A stretch of DNA of 64,000 nucleotides from Fimicolochytrium jonesii (taxonomy: Eukaryota). Numbering within the stretch: position 1 is the stretch's first letter; each line of letters opens with the position of its first letter. Below are positions 12,332 through 23,464 of the stretch, piece after piece. The position numbers were made by a program, and so were the translations under genes. The notes beneath the pieces are model-generated. The model ran no database searches, was not told the DNA's origin, and was given only the letters and a program-made list of their open reading frames with translations. The DNA lies in contig NW_026515683.1 in assembly GCF_025526975.1 (NCBI RefSeq), forward strand, positions 558,001 to 622,000. The letters run 5' to 3'.

Positions 12332-15300
12332 AGCCCCAGCGACTGGACAACACACACCGCCCCGGGCCTCCTAACCTCGCAGCTCCTGCAACGGGAGAGG
12401 CCACCCCCCTGGTTCCCAACTCCGTTATAGCCGACACAACCCTCCCAGCCGCTGCCCATGTCGAAAACTCCGAAATTAACCCCCGCGCCATGCTTGCGCT
12501 GGGTCCCGTCGAACCCTTCAACTACCCCGTTACCATCATGGTATCATCAAGCCGCGCCCCAATACCTACCTCAGCCATGATCGACAACGGTGCCCTGGCC
12601 TGCTTCATCGACAGAGACTTTGCCCGCAAACACCGCATCGCCCTAGTCCCGCATCAGCGTCCACTGACGATCGAACTCGTTGACGGTCAACCCAGCTCTG
12701 CTGGGCCAATCACCCATCACACCCAACCAGTAGGCATGTGGGTCGACGACCACTTCGAAGAACTCGTCTTCCATGTCACCAAATCACCCCATGCTCCAAT
12801 CCTCCTTGGTCTCCCCTGGCTCCGCCTCCACGACATTAACCTTGACTTCAAGAACCTTTCGGTCAGTTTCCGTTGCGACTGTCAGTACCATGAATTCGCG
12901 AATTGGGACAACTCTCCAGCACCCCCGAGCCCAGCACCCGCCAGAACCCCCGAGCCCTTGATCCGCATCCCCCAGGATGAAGTCCCCGTCGACGAAACAT
13001 GGTCGATTCCAGTACCCAAGGTATCTCGCTCCAGCACCCCAGAACCGGCTCCCACTGCCGCTCCGAGTCTCGTTCATCTCCGCCCCAGCCTTCCGGGTCG
13101 CAGCAAGGCATGACCAGGTCTTTGTCGCCTACGCCAACCCTGCGAAACCCGATCTCCCGGCCACGCCTAGCCCCAGTAACCCCCCGACACCCGAGAAAGA
13201 CATCAAAGACTTCCTGCCCCCCGAGTATGAAGACTTCGCCGACGTTTTCGAAAAGAGAACTGCTGACACTCTCCCCGAGCACCGGCCCTACGACTGTCCA
13301 ATCGATCTGGAAGAAGGCAAGCAGCCACCTTTCGGCCCGATCTACAGCCTCAGCGAACCAGAAATGAAGGCACTCTGCGAATACCTCGAAGAAAACCTTG
13401 CCAAAGGATTCACCAAACCCTCAAAGTCCCCTGCCGGTGCGCCAGTCTTATTCGTGAAGGAAAAAGGACGGTTCTCTCCGCCTCTGCGTGGATTATCGAG
13501 GCCTGAACAGCATCACGGTGAAGAATCGCTACCCCCTGCCCCTGATCAACGGTATCATGGATCGTTTGCGCGGCGCCCGCCGTCTCACCAAGATCGACCT
13601 CCGCGGCGCTTACAACCTCTTACACATGCGCCCAGGCGATGAATGGAAGACCGCTCTCCGCTGCCGCTACGGCCTATTCGAATACAACGTCATGCCCTTT
13701 GGACTTGGCAATGCTCCTGGCGTTTTCCAGTACTTAATGAACGACATCTTCCGCGACATTCTCGATGTGTTTGTTGTCGTCTACCTTGATGATATCCTGA
13801 TATTCTCCAAGAACCCCGAAGATCACCCCAAACATGTCCGCGAAGTCTTGTCCCGCCTCCGACAGCATGGGTTGTACGCCAAACCAGAGAAGTGCGAATT
13901 CAACCGCGAATCCGTTGAGTTCGTAGGCTTCATCATCTCGGAGAAAGGCATCCAGATGGACCCCAAGAAGATCGCTGCCATCACGGATTGGGAACCTCCC
14001 AAGACTGTCAAAGGCGTCCAGCGGTTCCTCGGCTTTGCCAACTTCTATCGCCGATTCATCCAAGGTTATTCCAAGATCGCTACCCCGCTCACAGCCCTGA
14101 CCCGGAAAGACATCCCGTACGCCTGGACACCCGCCGCAAACACCGCCTTCGAGAACCTGAAGAAAGCATTCACCACCGCCCCCATCCTTGCTCACCCTGA
14201 CCCAGAGAAGCCCTTTGTCGTCGAAACTGACGCCTCCGACTTCGCTCTTGGCGCAGTTCTCCTCCAACCTGACCAGGACAATCAGCTCCACCCCGTGGCC
14301 TTCCACTCTCGCAAATTCACGGCCGAAGAGATCAACTACGAGATCTACGACAAGGAACTTCTGGCCATCCAAGACTCCTTTGCCCAGTGGCGACACCATC
14401 TCATTGGCGCCCGTCACAAGATCACCGTTTACTCCGACCATAAAAACCTTCAGTACTTCATGACCACCCGCACCCTGAACCGCCGCCAAGCCCGCTGGTC
14501 GATATTCTTCTCAGATTTTGACTTTGTCATTACCTATCGCCCCGGTTCCCAGCAGCACCAAGCCGATGCCCTCTCCCGACGCTCCGAACATGAGCTAAAG
14601 GAGGGGGAAGAAGTGTTCCGCTCCCAGGCGACCACAATTTTGACTCCTGAACGCCTTCGACTCGCCGCGGCCTACCTCACACCCATGGATACCACGCTGC
14701 TTGACAAGATTAAGGCCGCCCAGGCCTCTGATCCCCTTGCTAAGACCATTCGCGAAAAGCTCAAGATACCCCTTGCCCAACGAACCGAGGAAACCCAAGA
14801 TCGTATCAAGCGGTTCTCAGATGAAGATGGGATCCTGCTGCACGATAATCTGGTCTATGTCCCCACCAACGAGCTCCGAGCTGAAGTCTGCCACGACATG
14901 CACGATACACCCCTAGCCGGCCACTTTGGGATGTCCAAGACGCTTGAACTCGCCTCCCGCAACTACTGGTGGCCCAGCCAGTGGCGCTTCGTCAAGGCCT
15001 ACGTCAAGTCCTGCGATACCTGTAGCCAAGCGAAATCCAGTCGACACAAACCATATGGCCTACTCCAGCCCAACAGTATCCCTACCCGCCCTTGGGGATC
15101 TTGGTCCCTGGACTTTATCACCGGTCTGCCTCCCGTGGACGGGTACGACTCCATCCTGAACGTCAACTGTCGCCTCACCAAGATGGCCCACTTCATCGCC
15201 TGCAGCGAGTCAGAATCCGCCGAATCCACCGCCGACCTAGTCTTCCACAACATCATCCGTCTCCACGGCCTCCCCGACGACGTCATCTCTGACCGAGGAC

Positions 15301-15955
15301 CCCAGTTTAAGTCCCGGTTCTGGCGTCGACTTCTCGAACTCCTTGGGGCAAAAGCCAACCTCTCCTCGGCCTTCCACCCCCAGAGCGATGGCCAGACGGA
15401 ACGCACCAACCAGATCCTGGAGCAGTATCTCCGATGCTTTTGCAACCACCAACAGGACAACTGGAAACAGCTTCTGTCGTCCGCCGAGTTCGCCTAGAAC
15501 AACACCCACCAGTCCGCCTCTTAGACCACCCCCTTCTACGCCAACAAGGGTCTCCACCCCCGCTTCAGTTTTGCGGCCTCTGCTACCTCCGAATCCGTCA
15601 ACCCCGCCGCTGAAGCCCGCCCTAAACAAATCAGGGAAGTCCATGAACAGCTCGCCCTCGAGCTCAAGGAAGCCCAAGATCAAATGAAGCGCTACGCCGA
15701 CGCTAAACGAATTCCTGGACCGGACTTCAAGCCTGGCGACCACGTCTGGCTCCTCCGCAAAAACCTCCAGACAACCCGGCCCTCTCAGAAACTCAACCAT
15801 CGCAAGATTGGGCCATTCCCCATCGTTGAAAAAATCAATCCCGTCGCCTACCGGCTCAAGCTCCCGCCTACGTACAAAATCCACGATGTCTTCCATGTCT
15901 TGCTCCTCGAACCCCGCTTCACCATCCCTGAACGACACGAACCCGAACCCGCGGC
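12304..15955 (+). pseudogene. Pol (aspartic protease-RT-RNase H-integrase), disrupted
   Basis: AMIDNGA protease site, LGLPWL, DYRGLN, YLDDILI, ETDASD..LGAVL, HHCC zinc finger, SLDFI, SDRGPQF, QSDGQTERTNQ, and a GPF/HDVFHV (GPY/F) region. Confidence 0.93.
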
Positions 15956-18900
15956 CCAGCTGTTTCCAGTTGTCCTGTTGGTGGTTGCAAAAGCATCGGA
16001 GATACTGCTCCAGGATCTGGTTGGTGCGTTCCGTCTGGCCATCGCTCTGGGGGTGGGGCCGAGGAGAGGTTGGCTTTGCCCCAAGGAGTTCGAGAAGTCG
16101 ACGCCAGAACCGGGACTTAAACTGGGGTCCTCGGTCAGAGATGACGTCGTCGGGGAGGCCGTGGAGACGGATGATGTTGTGGAAGACTAAGTCGGCGGTG
16201 GATTTGGCGGATTCTGACTTGCTGCAGGCGATGAAGTGGGCCATCTTGGTGAGGCGACAGTTGACGTTCAGGATGGAGTCGTACCCATCAACGGGAGGCA
16301 GACCGGTGATAAAGTCCAGGGACCAAGATCCCCAAGGGCGGGTAGGGGTACTGTTGGGCTGGAGTAGGCCGTAAGGTTTGTGTCGACTGAATTTCGCTTG
16401 GCTACAGATATCGCAGGACTTGACGTAGGCCTTGACGAAGCGCCACCGGCTGGGCCACCAGTATTTGCGGGAGGCGAGTTTGAGCGTCTTGGACATCCCG
16501 AAGTGGCTGGCTAGGGGTGTATCGTGCATGTTGTGGCAGACTTCAGCTCGGAGCTCATTGGTGGGGACATAGACAAGGCTGTCGTGCAGCAGGACCCCAT
16601 CCTCATCTGAGAACCGCTTGATACGATCTTGGGCTTCCTCGGTCCGTTGGGCAAGGGGTATCTTGAGCTCTTTGCGGATGGTCTTAGCGAGGGGGTCAGA
16701 GGCCTGGGCGGCTTTAATCTTGTCAAGCAGCGTAGTATCCATGGGTGTGAGGTAGGCCGTGGCGAGTCGAAGGCGTTCACGAGTCAAAATTGTGGTCGCC
16801 TGGGAGCGGAACGCTTCTTCCCCCTCCTTTAGCTCATGTTCGGAGCGTCGGGAGAGGGCATTGGCTTGGTGCTGCTGGGAACCGGGGCGATAGGTAATGA
16901 TAAAGTCAAAATCCAAGAAGAATATCGACCAGCGGGCTTGGCGGCGGTTCAGCGTGCGGGTGGTCATGAAGTACTGAAGGTTTTTGTGGTCGGAGTAAAC
17001 GGTGATCTTGTGACGGGCGCCAATGAGATGGTGTCGCCACTGGGCAAAGGAGTCTTGGATGGCCGGAAGCTCCTTGTCGTAGATCTCGTAGTTGATCTCT
17101 TCGGCCGTGAATTTGCGAGAGTGGAAGGCCACAGGGTGGAGCTGATTGTCCTGGTCAGGTTGGAGGAGAACTGCGCCGAGAGCGAAGTCGGAGGCGTCAG
17201 TTTCGACGACAAAGGGCTTCTCTGGGTCAGGGTGAGCAAGGATGGGGCCGGTGGTGAATGATTTCTTCAGGTTCTCGAAGGCGGTGTTTGCGGCGGGCGT
17301 CCAGGCGTACGGGATGTCTTTCCGGGTCAGGGCTGTGAGCGGGGTAGCGATCTTGGAATAACCTTGGATGAATCGGTGATAGAAGTTGGCAAAGCCGAGG
17401 AATCGCTGGAAGCCTTTGACAGTCTTGGGAGGTTCCCAATCCGTGATGGCAGCGATCTTCTTGGGGTCCGTCTGGATGCCTTTCTCGGAGATGATGAAGC
17501 CTAGGAACTCAACGGATTCGCGGTTGAATTCGCACTTCTCTGGTTTGGCGTACAACCCATGCTGTCGGAGGCGGGACAAGACTTCGCGGACATGTTTGGG
17601 GTGATCTTCGGGGTTCTTGGAGAATATCAGGATATCATCAAGGTAGACGACAACAAACACATCGAGAATGTCGCGGAAGATGTCGTTCATTAAGTACTGG
17701 AAAACGCCAGGAGCATTGCCAAGTCCAAAGGGCATGACGTTGTATTCGAATAGGCCGTAGCGGCAGCGGAGAGCGGTCTTCCATTCATCGCCTGGGCGCA
17801 TGTGTAAGAGGTTGTAAGCGCCGCGGAGGTCGATCTTGGTGAGACGGCGGGCGCCGCGCAAACGATCCATGATACCGTTGATCAGGGGCAGGGGGTAGCG
17901 ATTCTTCACCGTGATGCTGTTCAGGCCTCGATAATCCACGCAGAGGCGGAGAGAACCGTCCTTTTTCCTTCACGAATAAGACTGGCGCACCGGCAGGGGA
18001 CTTTGAGGGTTTGGTGAATCCTTTGGCGAGGTTTTCTTCGAGGTATTCGCAGAGAGGCGCTGTAGATCGGGCCAAAAGGTGGCTGCTTGCCTTCTTCCAG
18101 ATCGATTGGACAGTCGTAGGGCCGGTGCTCGGGGAGAGTGTCAGCATTTTTCTTTTCGAAAACATTGGCGAAATCTTGATATTTGGGGGGCAGGAAGTCT
18201 TTGATGTTTTTCTCGGGTGTCGGGGGGTTACTGGGGCTAGGCGAGGCCGGGAGATCGGGTTTCGCAGGGTTAGCGTAGGCAACAAAGACCTGGTCATGCC
18301 TTGCTGCGACCCGGAAGGCTGGGGCGGAGATGAACGAGACTCGGAGCAGCGTGGGAGCCGGTTCTGGGGTGCTGGAGCGAGATACCCTGGGTACTGGAAT
18401 CGACCATGTTTCGTCGACGGGGACTTCATCCTGGGGGATGCGGATCAAGGGCTCGGGGGTTCTGGCAGGTGCTGGGCTCGGGGGTGCCGGGGAGTGGTCC
18501 CAGTTCGCAAATTCATGGTACTGACAGTTGCAACGGAGCCCGACCGAAAGGTTCTTGAAGTCAAGGTTAATGTCATGGAGGCGGAGCCAGGGAAGACCAA
18601 GGAGGACTGGCGCGCGGGGTGATTTGGTGACATGGAAGACGAGTTCTTCGAAGTGGTCGTCAACCCACATGCCTACTGGTTGGGTGTGATGGGTGATTGG
18701 CCCAGCAGAGCTGGGTTGACCGTCAACGAGTTCGATCGTCAGGGGACGCTGATGCGGGACTAGGGGGATGCGGTGTTTGCGGGCAAAGTCTCTGTCGATG
18801 AAGCAGGACAGGGCCCCGTTGTCGATCATGGCTGAGGTAGGTATCGGGGAGCGGCTGGATGTTACCATGATGGTAACGGGGTAGTTGAAGGGTTCGACGG

Positions 18901-20534
18901 GACCCAGCGCAAGCAGGGCGCGTGGGTTAATTTCGGAGTTTTCGACATGGGCGGCGGCTAGGAGGGTTGTGTTGGCTATAACGGAGTCGGGAACCGGGGG
19001 GTTGCCTCTTCCGTTGCAGGAGCTGCGAGGTTAGGAGGCCCAGAGGAGAGTGTGTATTCCAGTCGCTGGGGCTTTACTGCGGCTGGACCTTGGGAAAACC
19101 CTGTTCTGTGGAGGTTTCTTTGATGTCGACGTTGGCGGCACGGCTGGTGGTCTTGTTCTTGGCTGGGCAGGCCTTTGCAATGTGCCCCGCGCCACCGCAG
19201 TAGAGGCAGAGGTTGTTGGAAATGCGGCGTTGGCGTTCCTGGGGGCTCAGAGGGCCGCGGGGACGAGCGGCGTCAATCTGCATGGGCTCGCTGTGGTCAA
19301 CGGTGGTGGTAGTGGTAAACGAGGTATGGGGGACTGGGAAGGTCTGGCGGGTTCTGTTTCGTTCCAGGCGGCGCTCAACCAGTCGGTTATCCCACTGGAT
19401 AGCCTGCTCCATCACCGTATCAATGGTGGCAGCAGGAGGCACCGTGAGCATCAGATCCTTCACGTCCTCTTTGAGGCCACGGCGGAAGGTAGCAATCAGG
19501 GCCTGGTCATTCCAGGAGACATCGCATTGTAGCTGGCGGAACTCGGCAACGTACTCGGTGGCTGCACGGGTTTGGCGAAGGTTCTGGAGCTTGTTCTCGG
19601 AGGCGCGGACCCTGTCGCTGTCCCTGAAGACAGATTGCATCTGACCGATACAACTATCGAAGTTCTGAAGGCTGTGATCTTGGCGTTCGACTAGGGGCGC
19701 CATCCAGGCTTGCGCAGTGCCGGTGAGGTAGGTGCCAATCGTTTGGATCTTGATGATGTCGCTGGGGTAGCGGTTGGGCTGGAGAGCAAACATCAACTGG
19801 ATGTTGTTCAACCATCCACGGGATTTGCTGCGGGTACCATCAAACTTCTCAGGCGAGCTGATTCTTGGCTCCAGAGCTTCGGGAGCAGGGTTGGTGACTT
19901 GAGGACGGGTGTACGCATCGGCTTGGACCTGGGCAGCAATGTTCTGGGCAGCTTGTGCGTCGGCTTAGGCTTGCGCTAGGTTGGCCTGCAAGTTGGCGTT
20001 TGACATTGGCGGTTGACATTGGCGGCTGTCAGTAGGTAAGCTTATGGTATGGGCGCGTCGTCGCCCATCGCTCTCACCTTGTCCTCTCTACTTTGCTTCT
20101 GCCTCAGTCGTCAAGATCATAACAGTTTGATCTGCTGGGGAGGAAGGTAATGGACAAAGAGAGGCCAGCTATTTATAGATAGGCAACCCAGCAGGCCAGA
20201 GAACAACAACAACAAGAGGGCACTGGGGGGGCGCCAGCTATGCTCCTAGAGCGTGCGTGGCGAGCGTAGAGAGCATTGCTACAGCTGCTGGCTATGGAGA
20301 AGTAGTGGGGGATGTGGAGAAGCCGACGGGGGATTGGCGAAATGAGAGGAGAGAGGAGGAGCGGCGATATTGCGGGAGGATTGGCGAAATGGGAGGAGGG
20401 GGAGTGGCATTGACACTGACATTGACACTGACATTGACACTGACATTGACATTGACATTGGCGTTTGACATTGGCGGTTGACATTGGCGGCTGTCAGTAG
20501 GTAAGCTTATGGTATGGGCGCCTCGTTCATAACA
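15956..20534 (-). mobile_element. Ty3/Gypsy copy B, inverted relative to copy A, 3'-truncated inside integrase, LTR rearranged
   Basis: Reverse-strand gag (19074-~19990), PR (18868-), RT/RH/INT (17939-15956). LTR start TGTTATG at 20534. Same family as A with scattered substitutions. Confidence 0.95.
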
Positions 20535-20580
20535 TTCAGGCCACGGTACAGTCATTGTACGATTCGTCAACTGATGTGTA

Positions 20581-20913
20581 TTAGGATACACATTTCTGAA
20601 TATGGTCAACAAGGGTCTTGATTTTATTTTGATGTCTTGCAAGGATCCTCTCTAAGGTACGGTTATCGACCTCATCATCTTTCACCTTCATTTTGAATGT
20701 TTTCAGATTGATAGTACACAGATGTTCCCAGTTCCTAAAGAAACCCAATCCAACGTACTCTGCTCCTGGAACCATCCAAGATAGCGACCACTGTTGAGTG
20801 TCCAACTCATCCTCGAGATCTGTCAATAGGGTCTTGAAAGCCGTGGGGTTGTTATCCTGGAAAGACTCCAGGTACTCGTGGTTAGATTTTCTGGTTGACT
20901 CAAAGGAAGCCAT
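20581..20913 (-). CDS. Hypothetical 110-aa protein (element-encoded)
   Basis: ATG-initiated intronless ORF, divergent from the integrase across 45 bp. Confidence 0.55.
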   Translation of the reverse strand: MASFESTRKSNHEYLESFQDNNPTAFKTLLTDLEDELDTQQWSLSWMVPGAEYVGLGFFRNWEHLCTINLKTFKMKVKDDEVDNRTLERILARHQNKIKTLVDHIQKCVS

Positions 20914-20958
20914 GGTTAGAATTTTGCGTTACATATCAAAACTGCATTCAAAAACGCG

Positions 20959-22014
20959 TTGAGCTACTCCACCAAGTCTGGTGTTGACACACAACTTTGT
21001 CTTCTCTACTACAACCCACTGACGGGATATACTTCAGCCGAGAGACTCTTCCAGCAGTCTCAGGCTAAAGGCAAATCTCTGTCTTGGGCTGATGCACACC
21101 GGTTTGTGGCTGCACAGCAAGTAGCTCAACTTCATCAACTTCCATCCCGAACTTATGAGTATCTGCACATAGTTAGTCCAGCACTTAACGCACGGTGGCA
21201 GTCAGATCTGATCGACTTTCCTAGGCTTGCTAAGGAGAACAACGGATATCGATATATACTGACCATTGTTGATATCTACTCTCGCTTTGCATACTGCATT
21301 CCTCTGAAGAACAAGGACGGAGTGACAGTATCTGCAGCACTTAGGAAACTCTTTGCGTCCGGTAAGAGACCTACCGAATCCTTCACCTCAGATGCTGGCA
21401 GTGAGTTCAAGAATGTGCATGTTGCTGCGTTGCTGAAAGAGATCGGCGTGCAACAGTACACAGCACAAGCTGGCGACCATGACCGCCTCGGCATCATAGA
21501 ACGGTTCAATAGAACAATAAAGACCTTCCTGGCACGATACTTTACTGCGACGGGACAGAAGGCATACGTCAACGCTCTACCGCAGTTCACAGAGAACTAC
21601 AACAATCAGGTGCATAGCGTTCTCGGCAAAGCACCCGCTAGGATCAAGGATGGTGACATACCGGATAGCTTGGAGCAGAACGTTAAGGCACTTGATGATC
21701 TAGAAGGGTTCAACATTGGAGACGACCTTAGGATCAAGGAAGATCGCAATGTATTCAAGAAAGGTTACAGTCAACAGTTCAGCAAACTAATCTACATTAT
21801 TGGTGGTCGAAACGGGTATGGGTACAAATTGTTTGATACAAAAGGGGTTCCTCAGAAGCGAATGTACAAAGCCCGAGACTTGTTGAAGATCAATGATGTC
21901 CAAAAAGCACCCAGAGGAGACAGAGAAATCGCCAGGCTCCAAGGTGTGGACGTTGTCCTTCCAGAGCCTGGCCAGAAAAGGAAACGGAAGCCGAAGAAGA
22001 TTTTTGGAGAGTGA
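20959..22014 (+). CDS. Maverick/Polinton-type retroviral-like (rve, c-integrase) integrase
   Basis: YYNP..G..S...L, WQSDLID, GYRYILTIVDIYSRFA..IPLKNK, SDAGSEF, IIERFNRTIK, YNNQVHS, FKKGY...FS and a basic C-terminus KRKRKPKK. DDE triad intact; the ORF begins at TTG rather than ATG. Confidence 0.92.
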   Translation: MSYSTKSGVDTQLCLLYYNPLTGYTSAERLFQQSQAKGKSLSWADAHRFVAAQQVAQLHQLPSRTYEYLHIVSPALNARWQSDLIDFPRLAKENNGYRYILTIVDIYSRFAYCIPLKNKDGVTVSAALRKLFASGKRPTESFTSDAGSEFKNVHVAALLKEIGVQQYTAQAGDHDRLGIIERFNRTIKTFLARYFTATGQKAYVNALPQFTENYNNQVHSVLGKAPARIKDGDIPDSLEQNVKALDDLEGFNIGDDLRIKEDRNVFKKGYSQQFSKLIYIIGGRNGYGYKLFDTKGVPQKRMYKARDLLKINDVQKAPRGDREIARLQGVDVVLPEPGQKRKRKPKKIFGE

Positions 22015-22061
22015 CGAGAGCTCCCCATTTCACCCCTTCCCAGTTCTCTTAGTCAAGCCAT

Positions 22062-22385
22062 CTAATCGCCGATACCATCCCACGGGAAATTGAGGTCAGA
22101 CCGCACCCAGACATGTATATTCCTCCTGTGTTCCCACGCATACTTGTCGGCCATATAGCTCAGCGCTTCACAAACGGATACCATAGCGGTCTTCCCTCCC
22201 TTCTCGTTCAATATCTTTCCAACCACAACTACCCGCTCCCTCTCCGACTCTTTGAAAAACCTATGACAGGTCTCCCAGTCCTCGCCGGCGCTGTCCAGAC
22301 TGGTCTCCCAGTCTTTGCGGACGCTCTCCAGAAATATATGATACATTCCCGCGATAGCATGTTCAGCGAGTAGCGGCGGGCTCAA
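22062..22385 (-). CDS. Hypothetical ~100-aa protein (element-encoded)
   Basis: ORF convergent with the integrase, ending ..WDGIGD; start uncertain. Confidence 0.4.
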   Translation of the reverse strand: MSPPLLAEHAIAGMYHIFLESVRKDWETSLDSAGEDWETCHRFFKESERERVVVVGKILNEKGGKTAMVSVCEALSYMADKYAWEHRRNIHVWVRSDLNFPWDGIGD

Positions 22386-22614
22386 AGATTCATCTGGTCA
22401 GGCTGCAACTCGTGGAAGGAGGAAATCTCAGCAAGACTAGTTTCAACAAAGCGTGTTGCATCGCGAACGATGTCTCCATGTGACACGACGTCTCCTTCTT
22501 TTTACATGTTGTCGATGTATGAAGGAAAACGGATGAGACGGATGTTGTAATCGATCGATTGGGCGTTTGTGGCTTTTGGTACGGAGTGACTCGGATACCT
22601 GGGGAACTCTGTGT

Positions 22615-23168
22615 GCACAGAGTTGTTGCGGGTGTTCAAGTCTGTGTTTGCGATGTTGGCACAGAGTTGTTGCGGGTGGTGCATAAAGGGTAAAATTTTT
22701 GACCCTTTATATACTACTTTTTTTATTCGATAAAATCTGGATGGCACAGACCGGTGTCACACAGAGATGTTGCAAGTCTGTGCGCACAGCTCTGACTTGG
22801 TTCCAATTGTAACTAATTGGCAGCCTATTGGGTCCGATCCCAGATTTAGAATCTGAGCCGTAATTGAGGCTGTTTGTCTCCATAAGCAGCGTATTGGACT
22901 CAAATCAAGGAATCAACTTTTCACCTTGTTGAGTGGAAATGGAGGCTTCCTAGGACAGTTTAAGACTCTCACCACTCCGTTGGACTTTTTTCCAAGCTTG
23001 ACAGTTTTAAGCCGAATTTGAGACCTCTCTGGCTTGATATGGGGCCTATCCAGGGGGTTTTTTCCGAGATTCAGGTCTGAGGCCTGTTGGACCGGGTTTG
23101 CGGTTCAGATGAGGGTAAATAACGGTTTTTCAAAAGTGTAGTTAAATGGTGGCCAATTCTATACTACT
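22615..23168 (-). repeat. Right terminal inverted repeat of the Maverick-like element
   Basis: Reverse complement of 7719-8274; ends ACTACT followed by TSD CAAACG. Confidence 0.95.
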
Positions 23169-23464
23169 CAAACGACCTTCAGAAGTCTTTGACGCGACTC
23201 GCCCCACCTGCAACTTCGCACCCAGCTTCCCACCGGAAAACCCACTGTGGACTAAGGTTGCGCTTCGTTTTCCCACGGAACTCCAGCCAACGCCATGAAG
23301 AGGCCAAGACAGCGTTCGGACTCGGGAAGTGACCTTAACCAGGATGCTTCTCCGTACGGAAGAAAAAGACACCCGGTTGCGTGGTCACGCCTGGGTAGAG
23401 ATATATGATTAGGCGCATCTTCAGATGACAAGGACCATTCCCACTCAACCCCTCCAGAGCCACG

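Larger units (their letters stand above)
10707..15955 (+). mobile_element. Ty3/Gypsy LTR retrotransposon copy A (Tf1/sushi-like), 3'-truncated, defective
   Basis: Order LTR-PBS-gag-PR-RT-RNaseH-INT. Frameshifts near 13055 and 13460; stops near 15495 and 15522; no 3' LTR. Confidence 0.95.
7719..23168. mobile_element. Maverick/Polinton-type element, internally deleted or cargo-loaded, 15,450 bp
   Basis: Termini AGTAGT (7719) and ACTACT (23168). 6-bp TSD CAAACG at 7713-7718 and 23169-23174. TIRs of ~555 bp. Polinton-type rve integrase at 20959-22014. Confidence 0.9.

Noticed and set aside
15237..17939. 900-aa ORF as an intact pol
   Set aside because: Its last ~240 aa are antisense read-through into copy A past the 15955 junction, and it is frameshifted from the protease.
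10702..20539. A single LTR element with inverted LTRs (DIRS-like architecture)
   Set aside because: The internal genes are duplicated in opposite orientation, diverged and gypsy-type, and there is no TSD; two fused insertions explain it better.
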